DNA from: Lentisphaeria bacterium
Lineage (GTDB): Bacteria; Verrucomicrobiota; Lentisphaeria; Victivallales; Victivallaceae
Assembly: GCA_017508135.1 (NCBI GenBank)
Contig: JAFVZN010000070.1
Coordinates: 1,122-65,121, forward strand
Direction of reading: 5' to 3'
DNA length: 64,000 nt
Below are positions 1 through 9,809 of this stretch, in pieces (position 1 is the stretch's first letter; every line of letters begins with the position of its first letter). The translations under genes were made by a program, and so were the position numbers. Under the pieces are notes generated by a model. It saw nothing but the letters and a program-made list of their open reading frames with translations, did no database searches and had not been told where the DNA came from.

Positions 1-550
1 CGCCCCGGTCGTTGACACCCTGATTCGGATTGAATCCGGTTTTGGGACCGTTGCCAATCCACGCATGTTTTCCGGGAACCGCCCGGCGCAGAAGAGTAAC
101 TTCTCTCAATTTGGAATCGCGGTTTTTATGCACAAAAATGGTCTTCCCGTCAGTCATATCGGGCATGGCGACCCAACTGGTACATTCGTGATACTCTTCG
201 CGGTCAGTTCCGGCGGCTTTTTTCTCCGCAGGAGCAGCTTTGGACGGTTTAACGGCACCAAAGCGCATCATAGCAAGGTATGTGCCTTTTTCCCAGTTGA
301 AAACCCGGTCGATCAGGTAACTTTCCTCCACGATATGCGGAGCGAAACGCAGCAATGCACCTTTGAAATGGCGGAGCCGTTCCGCCTTCAAAGCCGGAGT
401 GAGCGGCCACCGCTTATCCCCGTTTCCGACCACGCGTCCCTGATAGATGGTCCAATATTTGCGGACATGAGCTTCCACATCGATATCCCGGGCGCAAACT
501 CCGAACGCGGCACACACCGCCAGCAACAGACAAAAATTTCTCACGTTCAT
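1..550 (-). CDS. Secreted Ntn-hydrolase-like protein (peptidase C69 / choloylglycine-hydrolase-like), 5' part only; the rest lies beyond the window start
   Basis: Not in the ORF track because there is no stop in the window. My translation of the minus strand from ATG at 550 gives MNVRNFCLLLAVCAAFGVCARD (signal peptide) ... EEYHECTSWVAMPDMTDGKTIFVHKNRDSKLREV. The HECTSW...HKNRDSK block is shared with the CDS at 18777..19940. Confidence 0.6.
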   Translation of the reverse strand, partial: MNVRNFCLLLAVCAAFGVCARDIDVEAHVRKYWTIYQGRVVGNGDKRWPLTPALKAERLRHFKGALLRFAPHIVEESYLIDRVFNWEKGTYLAMMRFGAVKPSKAAPAEKKAAGTDREEYHECTSWVAMPDMTDGKTIFVHKNRDSKLREVTLLRRAVPGKHAWIGNGPKTGFNPNQGVNDRG

Positions 551-565
551 ACTCCTTTTCAATAC

Positions 566-1918
566 TCAGTTTTTCAAACTCTGCAGCGGAGCCGGTATCC
601 GGCCGCCGCGACCGATAAATCCGGCGGGGGAATATTTGCTCACCGGGATCACCGGTGCTTCTCCGAGCAATCCTCCGAAAGAAACCATATCTCCGACTTT
701 TCCCGCCGGAATCAACCGCACAGCCGTCGTCTTGGTGTTGACCACGCCGATGGAGATCTCGTCAGCGATGATACCGGAAATAACCTCTGCCGGAGTATCT
801 CCGGGAATGGCGATCATATCCAAACCGACGGAACACACCGCCGTCATCGCTTCAAGTTTCTCCAGACTCAATGCTCCGCAGCGGGCGGCTTCGATCATTC
901 CGGCATCTTCCGACACCGGGATAAAGGCTCCGGAAAGACCGCCGACATGGCTGGATGCCATAACACCGCCCTTTTTCACCGCATCGTTGAGCATGGCAAG
1001 CGCGGCGGTGGTTCCGTGGCATCCGCACTTTTCCAGCCCCATGGATTCGAGAATATACGCCACCGAATCACCGACCGCCGGTGTCGGAGCTAGCGACAAG
1101 TCCACAATACCGAAAGGCACGCCCAGACGTTCAGAAGCCTCTTTTGCGACCAGCTGACCGACCCGGGTGATCTTGAACGCCGTCCGCTTGATCGTTTCCG
1201 CAACTTCCGTCAGATTGCAGTCACCCTTGCGCCGGATGGCGGAGGCGACCACGCCGGGGCCGGAAACACCGACATTGATGACCGTTTCCGGTTCTCCGAT
1301 GCCGTGGAACGCGCCTGCCATAAACGGGTTATCTTCCGGCACGTTGGCAAACACCACCAGCTTGGCGCAGCCGATGGCATCGCGTTCAGCAGTAATATCG
1401 GCTGTCCGGCGGATAACACGTCCCATCAGAGCGACGGCATCCATGTTGATACCGGCTTTGGTGGATGCGACATTCACGGAAGAACAAACACGCTCAGTTT
1501 CCGCCAACGCCTGCGGGATGGCATCGATCACCGCCTTGCTGCCGTTGGTGAAACCTTTCTGCACCAACGCACTGAAACCGCCGATGAAGTTGATCCCCAA
1601 TTCATGCGCCGCCCGGTCGAGCGTTTTGGCGACCTTTACCGCATCATCAGCAGACAATCCGCCCGCCATCAGTGCGATGGGAGTTACCGAAACGCGCTTG
1701 TTGATGATGGGGATGCCATATTTTTTTTCAATATCTTCACCGGTTTTCACCAGATTTTCCGCGCGGGACATGATCCGGTCGTAGATACGGGAGCAAAGCC
1801 GGGCGGGGTCTTCGCTCTGGCAATCGTAGAGAGAAATACCCATAGTAATGGTACGGATATCCAGGCACTCCTCCCGGATCATGCTGATCGTTTCAATAAT
1901 ATCTTTCGTATCAAACAT
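566..1918 (-). CDS. UPF0210 / DUF711 (PFL-like) family protein
   Basis: 450-aa ORF. The N-terminus [30 protein letters not shown] is typical of the UPF0210 family. It lies 3 nt downstream of its usual ACT-domain partner. Confidence 0.85.
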   Translation of the reverse strand: MFDTKDIIETISMIREECLDIRTITMGISLYDCQSEDPARLCSRIYDRIMSRAENLVKTGEDIEKKYGIPIINKRVSVTPIALMAGGLSADDAVKVAKTLDRAAHELGINFIGGFSALVQKGFTNGSKAVIDAIPQALAETERVCSSVNVASTKAGINMDAVALMGRVIRRTADITAERDAIGCAKLVVFANVPEDNPFMAGAFHGIGEPETVINVGVSGPGVVASAIRRKGDCNLTEVAETIKRTAFKITRVGQLVAKEASERLGVPFGIVDLSLAPTPAVGDSVAYILESMGLEKCGCHGTTAALAMLNDAVKKGGVMASSHVGGLSGAFIPVSEDAGMIEAARCGALSLEKLEAMTAVCSVGLDMIAIPGDTPAEVISGIIADEISIGVVNTKTTAVRLIPAGKVGDMVSFGGLLGEAPVIPVSKYSPAGFIGRGGRIPAPLQSLKN

Positions 1919-1921
1919 GGT

Positions 1922-2191
1922 TCAGATCCTGTGCATGGAGTTGAAAATATCCTCGTGCATAACATGGATATCCAGATCGTCAGCTTTGCCGCGCGCGCTC
2001 ATATAGTCCACAAATTCATTGAACGGCCGGTTGAGCTTCTCGATATCGACGATCATTATCATGGTGAAATATTCATCCAGCACGGTTTGGGAGATGTCCA
2101 GAATATTGGCTCCGAAATCCGCGCACCCGGCACTGACCTTGGCAATAATACCAACGGAATCCCGCCCGATGACCGACACAACTGCTTTCAT
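1922..2191 (-). CDS. ACT domain-containing protein (UPF0237 family)
   Basis: 89-aa ORF starting MKAVVSVIGRDSVGIIAKVS...ANILDISQTVL (ACT fold signature). GGAGG Shine-Dalgarno upstream of the ATG at 2191. Confidence 0.85.
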   Translation of the reverse strand: MKAVVSVIGRDSVGIIAKVSAGCADFGANILDISQTVLDEYFTMIMIVDIEKLNRPFNEFVDYMSARGKADDLDIHVMHEDIFNSMHRI

Positions 2192-2295
2192 AAAGTACCT
2201 CCATCAAGTTTATTTGTTTGGTATAATATAGCACGATATCGACGGGAAGTAAAATCCGTTTGCGGTAATCGTTCAAAAAAGATGCATATTTCACG

Positions 2296-2324
2296 TTAGA
2301 AAAAAATTTTTTCCGTGCTATATT
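2296..2324 (+). promoter_or_regulatory. Putative sigma70-type promoter for the Gfo/Idh/MocA gene
   Basis: TTAGAA (2296-2301), 17-nt spacer, TGc-TATATT extended -10 (2319-2324). It lies 38 nt upstream of the ATG at 2362. Confidence 0.4.
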
Positions 2325-2361
2325 AAGAAGAGATTTGTTTTTGAAATAAAGAGGTCACATT

Positions 2362-3357
2362 ATGAAATTGAAACTCGCCGTTGCCGGTCTCCGGCACAAC
2401 CATATTTTCAGTCTGCTCACTGTCGCCCAAAACAACCCCGCCGTGGAGATCGTCGCCTGCGCCGAAGAGGATGCCGCCACCAGAGCCGAACTGGAAAAAT
2501 CCGGCAAAGTCACCATCACCCATACCTCCATCACCGATATGCTGGATAATGTCGATTGCGATGCTGTCGCCATCGGCGATTGTTACGCCAGACGCGGAAA
2601 TATCGCCATCGCCGCTCTGGAGCGGAACAAGCACGTCATCTCCGACAAACCGATATGTACAAAGTTGTCTGAACTTGAAAATATCGAAGCTCTCGCCACA
2701 GCAAAAAAACTCTGTCTGGGCTGTATGTTCGATCTGCGCACCGCGCCGCCGGTAGCGGGAGCAAAAAAACTGCTCGATGCCGGTGTTATCGGTGAAGTGA
2801 TACAGATCCAGTTCACCGCCCAGCACCGCCTGATGAGAAGTTCCCGCCCGTCATGGTACTTTTCCGGCAATATGCACGGCGGCACCATCAATGATATCGG
2901 AAGTCACGCCGCTGACCTCATCCCCTTTCTCACCGGCGCACAGATAAAGACCATCAACGGCGCGCGCACCTGGAAAGCTCTTGCCCGCCCGGACGAAGAT
3001 CTCAATGATGCCGGTCAATTCATGCTCACGCTGGATAACGGCTGCGGGGTCATCGGCGATGTCTCCTACTCCGCCCCGGACACCACCGGCACACTGCCGA
3101 CCTACTGGAGATTCAATATCTGGGGGCGCAACGGCATGATCGAATTCAACTATGCCGACCAGTTCATCACTGCATACATCAATGGTACTGCCGGAAAGTC
3201 GACCTTTGCAGTGCCCACCTATCGCGGCCCGGATTTCCTCACGGAGTTTATCAGCGAAATCTCCGGCAACCCCGGGTCACTCACCACGGCAGGCATCATC
3301 ACCGCCTCGCGCTGTATTTTGAAAGTTCAGGAGTTTGCCGACCTGGCAGCAAAGTAA
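2362..3357 (+). CDS. Gfo/Idh/MocA family oxidoreductase
   Basis: 331 aa. N-terminal Rossmann segment MKLKLAVAGLRHNH and EKPI-like motif SDKPICTK. AGAGG RBS. Confidence 0.85.
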   Translation: MKLKLAVAGLRHNHIFSLLTVAQNNPAVEIVACAEEDAATRAELEKSGKVTITHTSITDMLDNVDCDAVAIGDCYARRGNIAIAALERNKHVISDKPICTKLSELENIEALATAKKLCLGCMFDLRTAPPVAGAKKLLDAGVIGEVIQIQFTAQHRLMRSSRPSWYFSGNMHGGTINDIGSHAADLIPFLTGAQIKTINGARTWKALARPDEDLNDAGQFMLTLDNGCGVIGDVSYSAPDTTGTLPTYWRFNIWGRNGMIEFNYADQFITAYINGTAGKSTFAVPTYRGPDFLTEFISEISGNPGSLTTAGIITASRCILKVQEFADLAAK

Positions 3358-3380
3358 AACTGTTTTAAAGGAGGATCATC

Positions 3381-4403
3381 ATGAAAACCAGAATTTTAAA
3401 TATGCTCTCTCTGCTGCCCGGTTTTATCCTGGCTCTCGCCATTGCCGCTGTTGCCAAAGTGATAGAAAGTTTACTGCCGGTACATATCATCGGTGCCTCG
3501 GTCATCGCCCTGTTTGCCGGTATGATAATCAACAGCTTCTACCGTCCGGCATGGGCGGTTCCCGGATTGAAGTTCACCTCGAAAAAGATACTGAAATTTG
3601 CCATTATACTTCTGGGGGCATCGCTCAGTGTCGGAGTGATACTTTCTGTGGGACAGCGTTCTCTGCTGGTCATGGTGTTCACTCTTCTCACCTGCTTCGG
3701 CGGCGGATATCTTATCGGGAAAGCACTGGGGCTGAACTGGAAACTCTCCAATCTCATCTCTGCCGGAACCGGAATTTGCGGCGGCAGTGCCATCGCGGCG
3801 ATCGCTCCCGTGATCGATGCCGAGGATAAAGATATTGCCTACGCAATGTCTGCAACGTTCCTCTTCGATATGGCGATGGTGGTGCTTTTTCCCATCATGG
3901 GACGCGCGATGGGGCTTTCGGATGAAGCATACGGCCTCTGGGCGGGAACTGCGGTCAACGATACGTCAAGCGTCGTTGCCGCAGGTTACGCTTTCAGCGA
4001 AGGAGGCGGTGATTATGCCACCATGGTAAAGTTGACAAGAACGTTGTCGATCATCCCGACAGTGCTGGTATTTGCATTCATCAATGTCAGACTGGCAAAA
4101 AAGAAGCATTTGGAATCCACCGGAGCAAAGGTCAACATCGGTGGACTCTTCCCCTGGTTCATTCTGGGCTTTCTGGCGTTGGCGGCACTCAACAGCACCG
4201 GTATCATCCCGCCGGAAATTTCCAAAATTGCCAAGAGTACGAGCAAGTTCCTCATGGTTGCCGCGCTGGCGGCGATCGGTCTGGGAACCAGTTTCAAGGA
4301 TATGAAAAAAGCAGGTCTCAATCCCATGCTGCACGGCTTCATTATTTCGGCACTGGTGGTCATCGTGGCACTTGCCGTAGAATGGTGCATGGGCCTGGTA
4401 TAA
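3381..4403 (+). CDS. YeiH / UPF0324 family membrane protein (putative sulfate exporter family)
   Basis: 340 aa and polytopic. Its length and overall pattern match the UPF0324 family. GGAGG RBS. Confidence 0.8.
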   Translation: MKTRILNMLSLLPGFILALAIAAVAKVIESLLPVHIIGASVIALFAGMIINSFYRPAWAVPGLKFTSKKILKFAIILLGASLSVGVILSVGQRSLLVMVFTLLTCFGGGYLIGKALGLNWKLSNLISAGTGICGGSAIAAIAPVIDAEDKDIAYAMSATFLFDMAMVVLFPIMGRAMGLSDEAYGLWAGTAVNDTSSVVAAGYAFSEGGGDYATMVKLTRTLSIIPTVLVFAFINVRLAKKKHLESTGAKVNIGGLFPWFILGFLALAALNSTGIIPPEISKIAKSTSKFLMVAALAAIGLGTSFKDMKKAGLNPMLHGFIISALVVIVALAVEWCMGLV

Positions 4404-4476
4404 GATTTCTGTAATGTCCCAATTTTTGTAAAATCTTTACTGCGGCGGCATCGCGGGCGGCAAAAAACAGGATCGG

Positions 4477-6600
4477 CTATTTTACATGGTAGACATTGAC
4501 TTTGACCTTCTCCGGCACACCGCCGGGAAGAGCAAATTCAAACATCGTTCCGGGTTTCACGCTGTACGCCGGAAACAAGCCGTTGCCGAACGCGATGACC
4601 GCTTCGGTCGTATCCGTCTTGTTTGACTGACGGATGGAAAGTTCGATGTCGTCACTCCGGGCTTTTTTCAAGTACAGCCGATAGATGTTCTTATTGTTTA
4701 TTCTGGCATAACGCAGTTCAAAGTCCCCATCTTTCCGGAGAACAGGCCGCCCTCCGGCTTTGGCAAAAATCTCCTCCGGCACCGGGCGCAGCCACGGAAC
4801 CGCCGGGCGCGGCACCGGTTGCGGCAATATCCGGAACATCACTATCGTATGATTTTTCCAGATAGCATAAGTCACCGGAACTGCACGCAAATCTGCGGCG
4901 AGTTTTTTCCGCAGTGCGGATATGCGCTTGCCGTCTTCAATGCCTTTGTCGTGCAGATCGATTATCACCGCATCCCCCGGGCGAATATCCGTCAGCGGTG
5001 CCGTCGGTCGCTGGAATTGGAACTGTCCGCGTATCCTCCCGGTCGCGGCAATACGTTTGGCATTACCTGCCGCCTGATCGAAAAAGTTCATCAACTCCAC
5101 TCCGGACGGGCGGTTCATCAACCGTTTCAACGGCCCCTGACTTCCCGGCACCATGCCCAGCATCCAGCCGCACAGCAGTGTTGATGCCAGAACTGCGCAC
5201 ACTGCCGGACGACGCACTTCCGGATAAAGTCGTTTCAAATTGAGTATCATCACGATCACCGCCAAAACCGTACACTCCAAACCATACTGAAGCATCACAC
5301 TCTTCACATCCGGAGAACTCTGCAATATCACTCCGGCAAAGATCGGCAAAATAGAAATCAGCATCAGCGGTTTGTAAATGATCCCGAACAGCAGCGGAAC
5401 AAAGACCGCCAATGTAAAACAAACGGTACTGCGGTCAAATACCGTTCCCCAGAATGCCCCCGGACGGATGACAGGAGACAACAGCACTTCCCCCATAGTG
5501 CTGCCCAGCTGGGAGTAGTGGAACATCTGCGAATAATTTTCCGCACCATGCGCCGCCGGAATGACCGCACTGCTGAAAAAGAAAAATAATCCAACCATAG
5601 CGGCAAAAAGTGCGATCCCGCTCTTCCAGCGTTTACAGCACACCAGATATACCGCATACCCCGCCCAGAATATGCACACCGTCTCCTGTACCAGCAGCGA
5701 CAACAGAAAACACGCCGCCATGAGATAACGGTTTTCATATTCCCGCGCGATGAAAAATCCCATCAACAGCGGCACGAAAAAGACTATCGGATGAAATCCG
5801 TAAAAGAGCGACAAATATTGATTGCTCAACACCGGGTTGAAAACCGTCAATACCAATAATACCGCACTCATCCAACTGCTCAAATTACACTTGCGGCTCA
5901 ACCGGTATCCCAGCGGCACGACAGAAGCTATGCACAGCGCATTGACCATAAACACCGTATCCGGAGCGTACCACAACTTCAGCAAAGTGGTCATCACCAG
6001 ATTGACACCGAAATTCCAGTGTCCCGCTCCGGCGCACCATTGGGCAAAATTCGCTTTGCCGCTCAACAAATGCAGATAATGTTCAACATACTGGTTCCAG
6101 TCGCCCCAGATAAAGTACAAAGTATCATACGCTCTGATTTGCAGATAATATCCCCAGACGGCAACAATGACTCCTCCGGCGACCGCGATCGCCGTACCAT
6201 ATTTCTCCGGCAGTTCCGGCAGTGACTTCCGCCACTGTCCGGCAAGGTTGAATACCACCAGCGCGATGACCGCGACCGCAATAAGTATTCCGGGAAAAGT
6301 TCCGCACGGGACCAGATATAACAGCAACGCCGGGCGCGTGATCTTCTCCCACATGCACACCCGCTCCACCCGGTTCCCCTTCCCCGCCAGCGCGGCAAGC
6401 AGAACCACCGCTCCGGCGGCCGCCGTAATGACCGGCAGAAACGGAACGGTATTGAAACGTATCACCCTGTAAGTCAGAGAATTTATCTGCGCATTGATAT
6501 AACAAATCTTTATCAGCGCATCGCTCAATGCCGCGACCGCCGCCGCCAATGATATGGCGGAAGCAGCCGGCGAAAGTATGGCTCGGAACTTATTCAACAT
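4477..6600 (-). CDS. Large polytopic membrane protein with C-terminal extracytoplasmic domain (tentatively DUF2079 / GT-C-like)
   Basis: 707-aa ORF with more than 10 hydrophobic helices followed by a ~200-aa soluble C-terminal region. It is the last gene of the asd..polB string. The family assignment is tentative and from memory. Confidence 0.75.
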   Translation of the reverse strand: MLNKFRAILSPAASAISLAAAVAALSDALIKICYINAQINSLTYRVIRFNTVPFLPVITAAAGAVVLLAALAGKGNRVERVCMWEKITRPALLLYLVPCGTFPGILIAVAVIALVVFNLAGQWRKSLPELPEKYGTAIAVAGGVIVAVWGYYLQIRAYDTLYFIWGDWNQYVEHYLHLLSGKANFAQWCAGAGHWNFGVNLVMTTLLKLWYAPDTVFMVNALCIASVVPLGYRLSRKCNLSSWMSAVLLVLTVFNPVLSNQYLSLFYGFHPIVFFVPLLMGFFIAREYENRYLMAACFLLSLLVQETVCIFWAGYAVYLVCCKRWKSGIALFAAMVGLFFFFSSAVIPAAHGAENYSQMFHYSQLGSTMGEVLLSPVIRPGAFWGTVFDRSTVCFTLAVFVPLLFGIIYKPLMLISILPIFAGVILQSSPDVKSVMLQYGLECTVLAVIVMILNLKRLYPEVRRPAVCAVLASTLLCGWMLGMVPGSQGPLKRLMNRPSGVELMNFFDQAAGNAKRIAATGRIRGQFQFQRPTAPLTDIRPGDAVIIDLHDKGIEDGKRISALRKKLAADLRAVPVTYAIWKNHTIVMFRILPQPVPRPAVPWLRPVPEEIFAKAGGRPVLRKDGDFELRYARINNKNIYRLYLKKARSDDIELSIRQSNKTDTTEAVIAFGNGLFPAYSVKPGTMFEFALPGGVPEKVKVNVYHVK

Positions 6601-6607
6601 CCCAATA

Positions 6608-7789
6608 TCACTTGCTGAAATCAGCTTTCAATTGTTCGCGGTATCCGGCATCGGTCAGAACTTTCAATCCCACTGCCGCCATCGCCGCCGATGCCTTGTG
6701 CATCTGGCTGAACGCGTAAGGTTTGCCCGAAGCCTCGCACATGGCGGCAGAGTGTCCGGCGATCTCAGTGTGATTTTCGGAAATCCCGATGTAGGGGTGG
6801 ATCGCCGGAACCGCCTGCGAAACGTTCCCGAAATCAGACGAACCGCGACCGGCACCGAAACTCAAATCTACCGGACTGCCCAGCTCTCCGATCTTCTCCA
6901 TCCACACCTGATTCATCAAAGCTGCCGGTTTGCGCGCCTTGGTTCCGGCATTGAACGGCTTGACCTCATATTCAGCTCCGGTCATAAGAGCCGCACCTTT
7001 GACGATATCGAGAAAACGGTCATTCATCTTATCCTGCCACTCCTGCGTTGCGGAACGGACATAAAAACAGCATCCGGCACGGTCGGGAGTGATATTGGGT
7101 TTGAGTCCGCCTTCGGTAACGATACCGTGGATGCGGGAACTTTCCGGAAGCTGCTGCCGCCACGCATTGATACCGGCAAAGAGCAGCTGTACCGCATCCA
7201 GCGCGTTGATCCCCAGATGCGGAGAACCGCTGGCGTGGGAGGCTTTACCCTTGAATACAACATCAAAACGTTTGATGCTCAAACATCCGGTATCCAGCGT
7301 CGTGCGCCATGACGGATGCACCATCATCGCCGCATCGACACCGTCAAGCGCGCCGGAATCGACTATCTTCACCTTGCTGCTGCCGCTCTCTTCGGCGGGG
7401 GTCCCGATCAATACGACTTTACCCGGAATGTTGTTGCGCTTCATATAATCAGTAAGCGCGATAAACGCGCCCAACGCCGCGCCGCAGATAAGATTGTGTC
7501 CGCAGCCGTGACCGATACCGGGCAGTGCATCGTATTCGGAAGTAATGGCAAACGCGGGCGTGCCGCTGCCGTATTCGCAACGGTACGCGGTTTCAAAACC
7601 GCAGTAATTTTCTGTAACTTCAAAACCGTGCTTCTTCAAAAATTCGCACTGAAGTTGGCAAGCGGCGACCTCTTTGAAGGCAAGTTCCGGATTTTTCCAC
7701 ACTTCCATACTGAGCGCATCAAGTTCAGCACCATAGGTTTCTACGATCTGCAAGAGTTGTTGTACTTCACTCATAAAGATATTCCTCAT
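6608..7789 (-). CDS. M20 family amidohydrolase / metallopeptidase
   Basis: 393 aa with EYDALPGIGHGCGHNLICGAALGA, typical of M20D-type amidohydrolases. The ATG at 7789 overlaps the polB stop (ATGA). An alternative ATG at 7774 has an AGGA RBS. Confidence 0.85.
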   Translation of the reverse strand: MRNIFMSEVQQLLQIVETYGAELDALSMEVWKNPELAFKEVAACQLQCEFLKKHGFEVTENYCGFETAYRCEYGSGTPAFAITSEYDALPGIGHGCGHNLICGAALGAFIALTDYMKRNNIPGKVVLIGTPAEESGSSKVKIVDSGALDGVDAAMMVHPSWRTTLDTGCLSIKRFDVVFKGKASHASGSPHLGINALDAVQLLFAGINAWRQQLPESSRIHGIVTEGGLKPNITPDRAGCCFYVRSATQEWQDKMNDRFLDIVKGAALMTGAEYEVKPFNAGTKARKPAALMNQVWMEKIGELGSPVDLSFGAGRGSSDFGNVSQAVPAIHPYIGISENHTEIAGHSAAMCEASGKPYAFSQMHKASAAMAAVGLKVLTDAGYREQLKADFSK

Positions 7790-9780
7790 TTGAATTGTTT
7801 GTATAATTCATCAAGTTTGGCGAGATAATATGCGGTATTTTCATCACGCACCCCGCTTTCCGCATCACTGAGCAGCTTTGAATTGCCCACGACCGGAAGT
7901 TTGGCTTTGCTTCCAGTCACATAGAATTCCACCTTGTCTCCACTGCGGAACTTCTTTCCGGATGCCAGTGCCAGCTCATAAGCGGCAGAACGGCGCGCAC
8001 CGGGTGCGCTCTGTTTGCGCTTGTAATTTTCCGGCGAATCGCTCAACACTTCGCTCTTGGCAAGTTCAGCTATATCTATCGTCCGGGCAGATATGGCATC
8101 GTGCAGTTCACGGTAGCAATTTTCCATTATTTCCGGAGCATCCAGAAGTTTGGAACGCAACACAGCGGAGATGAATTTCCGCTGATATTTTTCCAGCGCG
8201 CGCGATTTCAGCGCGGCACCGGAAACAGAAACAGAGTTGTCCGCATGGAGCAGTGCATAATTTTTGGATTTGTAACAATACATCGCCGGGTATTCAGCAT
8301 CAAAATCAAGTTCGATCCCCGCCGGCAGGACGGATTGTATCTGCGCTTCAAAATCTTCCGGAACCTCCGGCGGCATGGTGAAATATATGCCGTCGGTATC
8401 CATTTCCACTATCTGCGCATCCAGCGAAGAGAGTTTTTCCGCCAGTTTTCCCAGCAGTTCCCGCCCGAAAGCGGTGACACTTTCCGCCAGAGTGCAGTCG
8501 TTGAAACTGCCCTGCGCGAAACCGAGGTAACCGTAAAAGGAGTTTATCAATATTTTAAACGTGGACTGCAGCGCGTTCAACCGCTGTTTTTCCCGTCCTT
8601 CCGGCAACGCTCTGGCCTGATCTTTGGCATCCAGCCGGAACTGCCGCAGCCGGGAGAGCGATTTTAAAAATATCCCAAGCTCATCCCGCGCCGGAGCCTG
8701 ATTCAGATGAAGCAGTATCGACGGATAAAGCGAACGCACATCACAGTGCCGCACCTGATGATAGACTCCCGCCTCTCCCGCTCCGGTCAATGCTCCGGCA
8801 AACCGCCGCGCCTCCTCCGGATAGGGTACGGCATATCCGGCGCGCTGATATTCGGCAATAAAAAACGCATCCAGAGCCGCGCCGCTGCCGCGCAGTACAC
8901 AATCCTGAAAGGTCAGCGGCAAGGTACAGCATTTATAAAAACTTGCCGGAGAAAGCAAATTGGACAACTCCTGCACCGCGCGCGTATCTTCACAACACTC
9001 TATGCCGAAATATTCCCGCAGATAATCCAGTTCAAAACTCTCCATATCCCGGTGCGCGGCATCGTAAAACAATACCAGATGTGCCATGTCGGCAAGCTGT
9101 CTGCCATAAAGATAATAACGGTTGCAGAATATCTGTTTTTCCGCCACGGAAAACCGGCTTTTCCGGGAGGAAAATCCTCCGCCGTTCCGTCCGCAGTCAA
9201 AGGTGAACTTCAACTTTTTCGCCCGTTTTTCCAACAGCGGCAAACCATCTTTGAAGATATTGTAGCCTTCGAGCAGATCGGGGTCACAACTCTTTACCGC
9301 TTCGTTGAACTTCGCCAGCACCGCCGCTTCGCCGCCGCATTCCGCCGTTTCATAACGGGCAAAAAATCCCCGGTTGTCCGCGACTTCGATCGCGGTGATC
9401 TCCGTGCCGTCACCGTTTGCCGCCACAGCGAACTGCATCCGGTGCAGTTCGTGAAAATCCATGCCGGAAAAAAAACGGTTGCCGCTGATACTGAGAAACT
9501 GAGTACTCAACTCCCGCACAGTCAGCACACCTGGACTTTTTTTCACCGTCTCAAGAGCAACTTCATAATCGCTGACACAGTCAAATTCCCACCGGACATT
9601 CAACGGCGCACTACCGGCAAGGGCAACGGCACGTCCTCCGGAAGAAACAACGACCCCTTTCTCCGCAAGCATCCACGGAGAAAAGGGTACGATTTTTTTC
9701 ACACACTCCCCGGCAGCATCACGGCAGAAAATCTCTGCATTCTGCTCTGTTATCTCAACCGCAGTGATACGGTCAATCAT
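7786..9780 (-). CDS. polB: Family B DNA polymerase (Pol II-like), exonuclease motifs degenerate
   Basis: Motif A CDVRSLYPSILL, motif B KILINSFYGYLG and motif C VEMDTDGIYF are present in canonical order. The track ORF starts at GTG 9816 and would overlap the purO stop by 7 nt. I prefer ATG 9780 (MIDRITAVEI), which has a GGAGAG RBS 5 nt upstream. Confidence 0.85.
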   Translation of the reverse strand: MIDRITAVEITEQNAEIFCRDAAGECVKKIVPFSPWMLAEKGVVVSSGGRAVALAGSAPLNVRWEFDCVSDYEVALETVKKSPGVLTVRELSTQFLSISGNRFFSGMDFHELHRMQFAVAANGDGTEITAIEVADNRGFFARYETAECGGEAAVLAKFNEAVKSCDPDLLEGYNIFKDGLPLLEKRAKKLKFTFDCGRNGGGFSSRKSRFSVAEKQIFCNRYYLYGRQLADMAHLVLFYDAAHRDMESFELDYLREYFGIECCEDTRAVQELSNLLSPASFYKCCTLPLTFQDCVLRGSGAALDAFFIAEYQRAGYAVPYPEEARRFAGALTGAGEAGVYHQVRHCDVRSLYPSILLHLNQAPARDELGIFLKSLSRLRQFRLDAKDQARALPEGREKQRLNALQSTFKILINSFYGYLGFAQGSFNDCTLAESVTAFGRELLGKLAEKLSSLDAQIVEMDTDGIYFTMPPEVPEDFEAQIQSVLPAGIELDFDAEYPAMYCYKSKNYALLHADNSVSVSGAALKSRALEKYQRKFISAVLRSKLLDAPEIMENCYRELHDAISARTIDIAELAKSEVLSDSPENYKRKQSAPGARRSAAYELALASGKKFRSGDKVEFYVTGSKAKLPVVGNSKLLSDAESGVRDENTAYYLAKLDELYKQFK

Positions 9781-9809
9781 CTCTGCTCTCCGAAGAATGT
9801 TTACACTAT

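Noticed and set aside
65-1093. 342-aa plus-strand ORF at the window start
   Set aside because: It overlaps the UPF0210 gene and the Ntn-hydrolase-like gene in antisense. It has Arg/His/Ser-rich nonsense composition.
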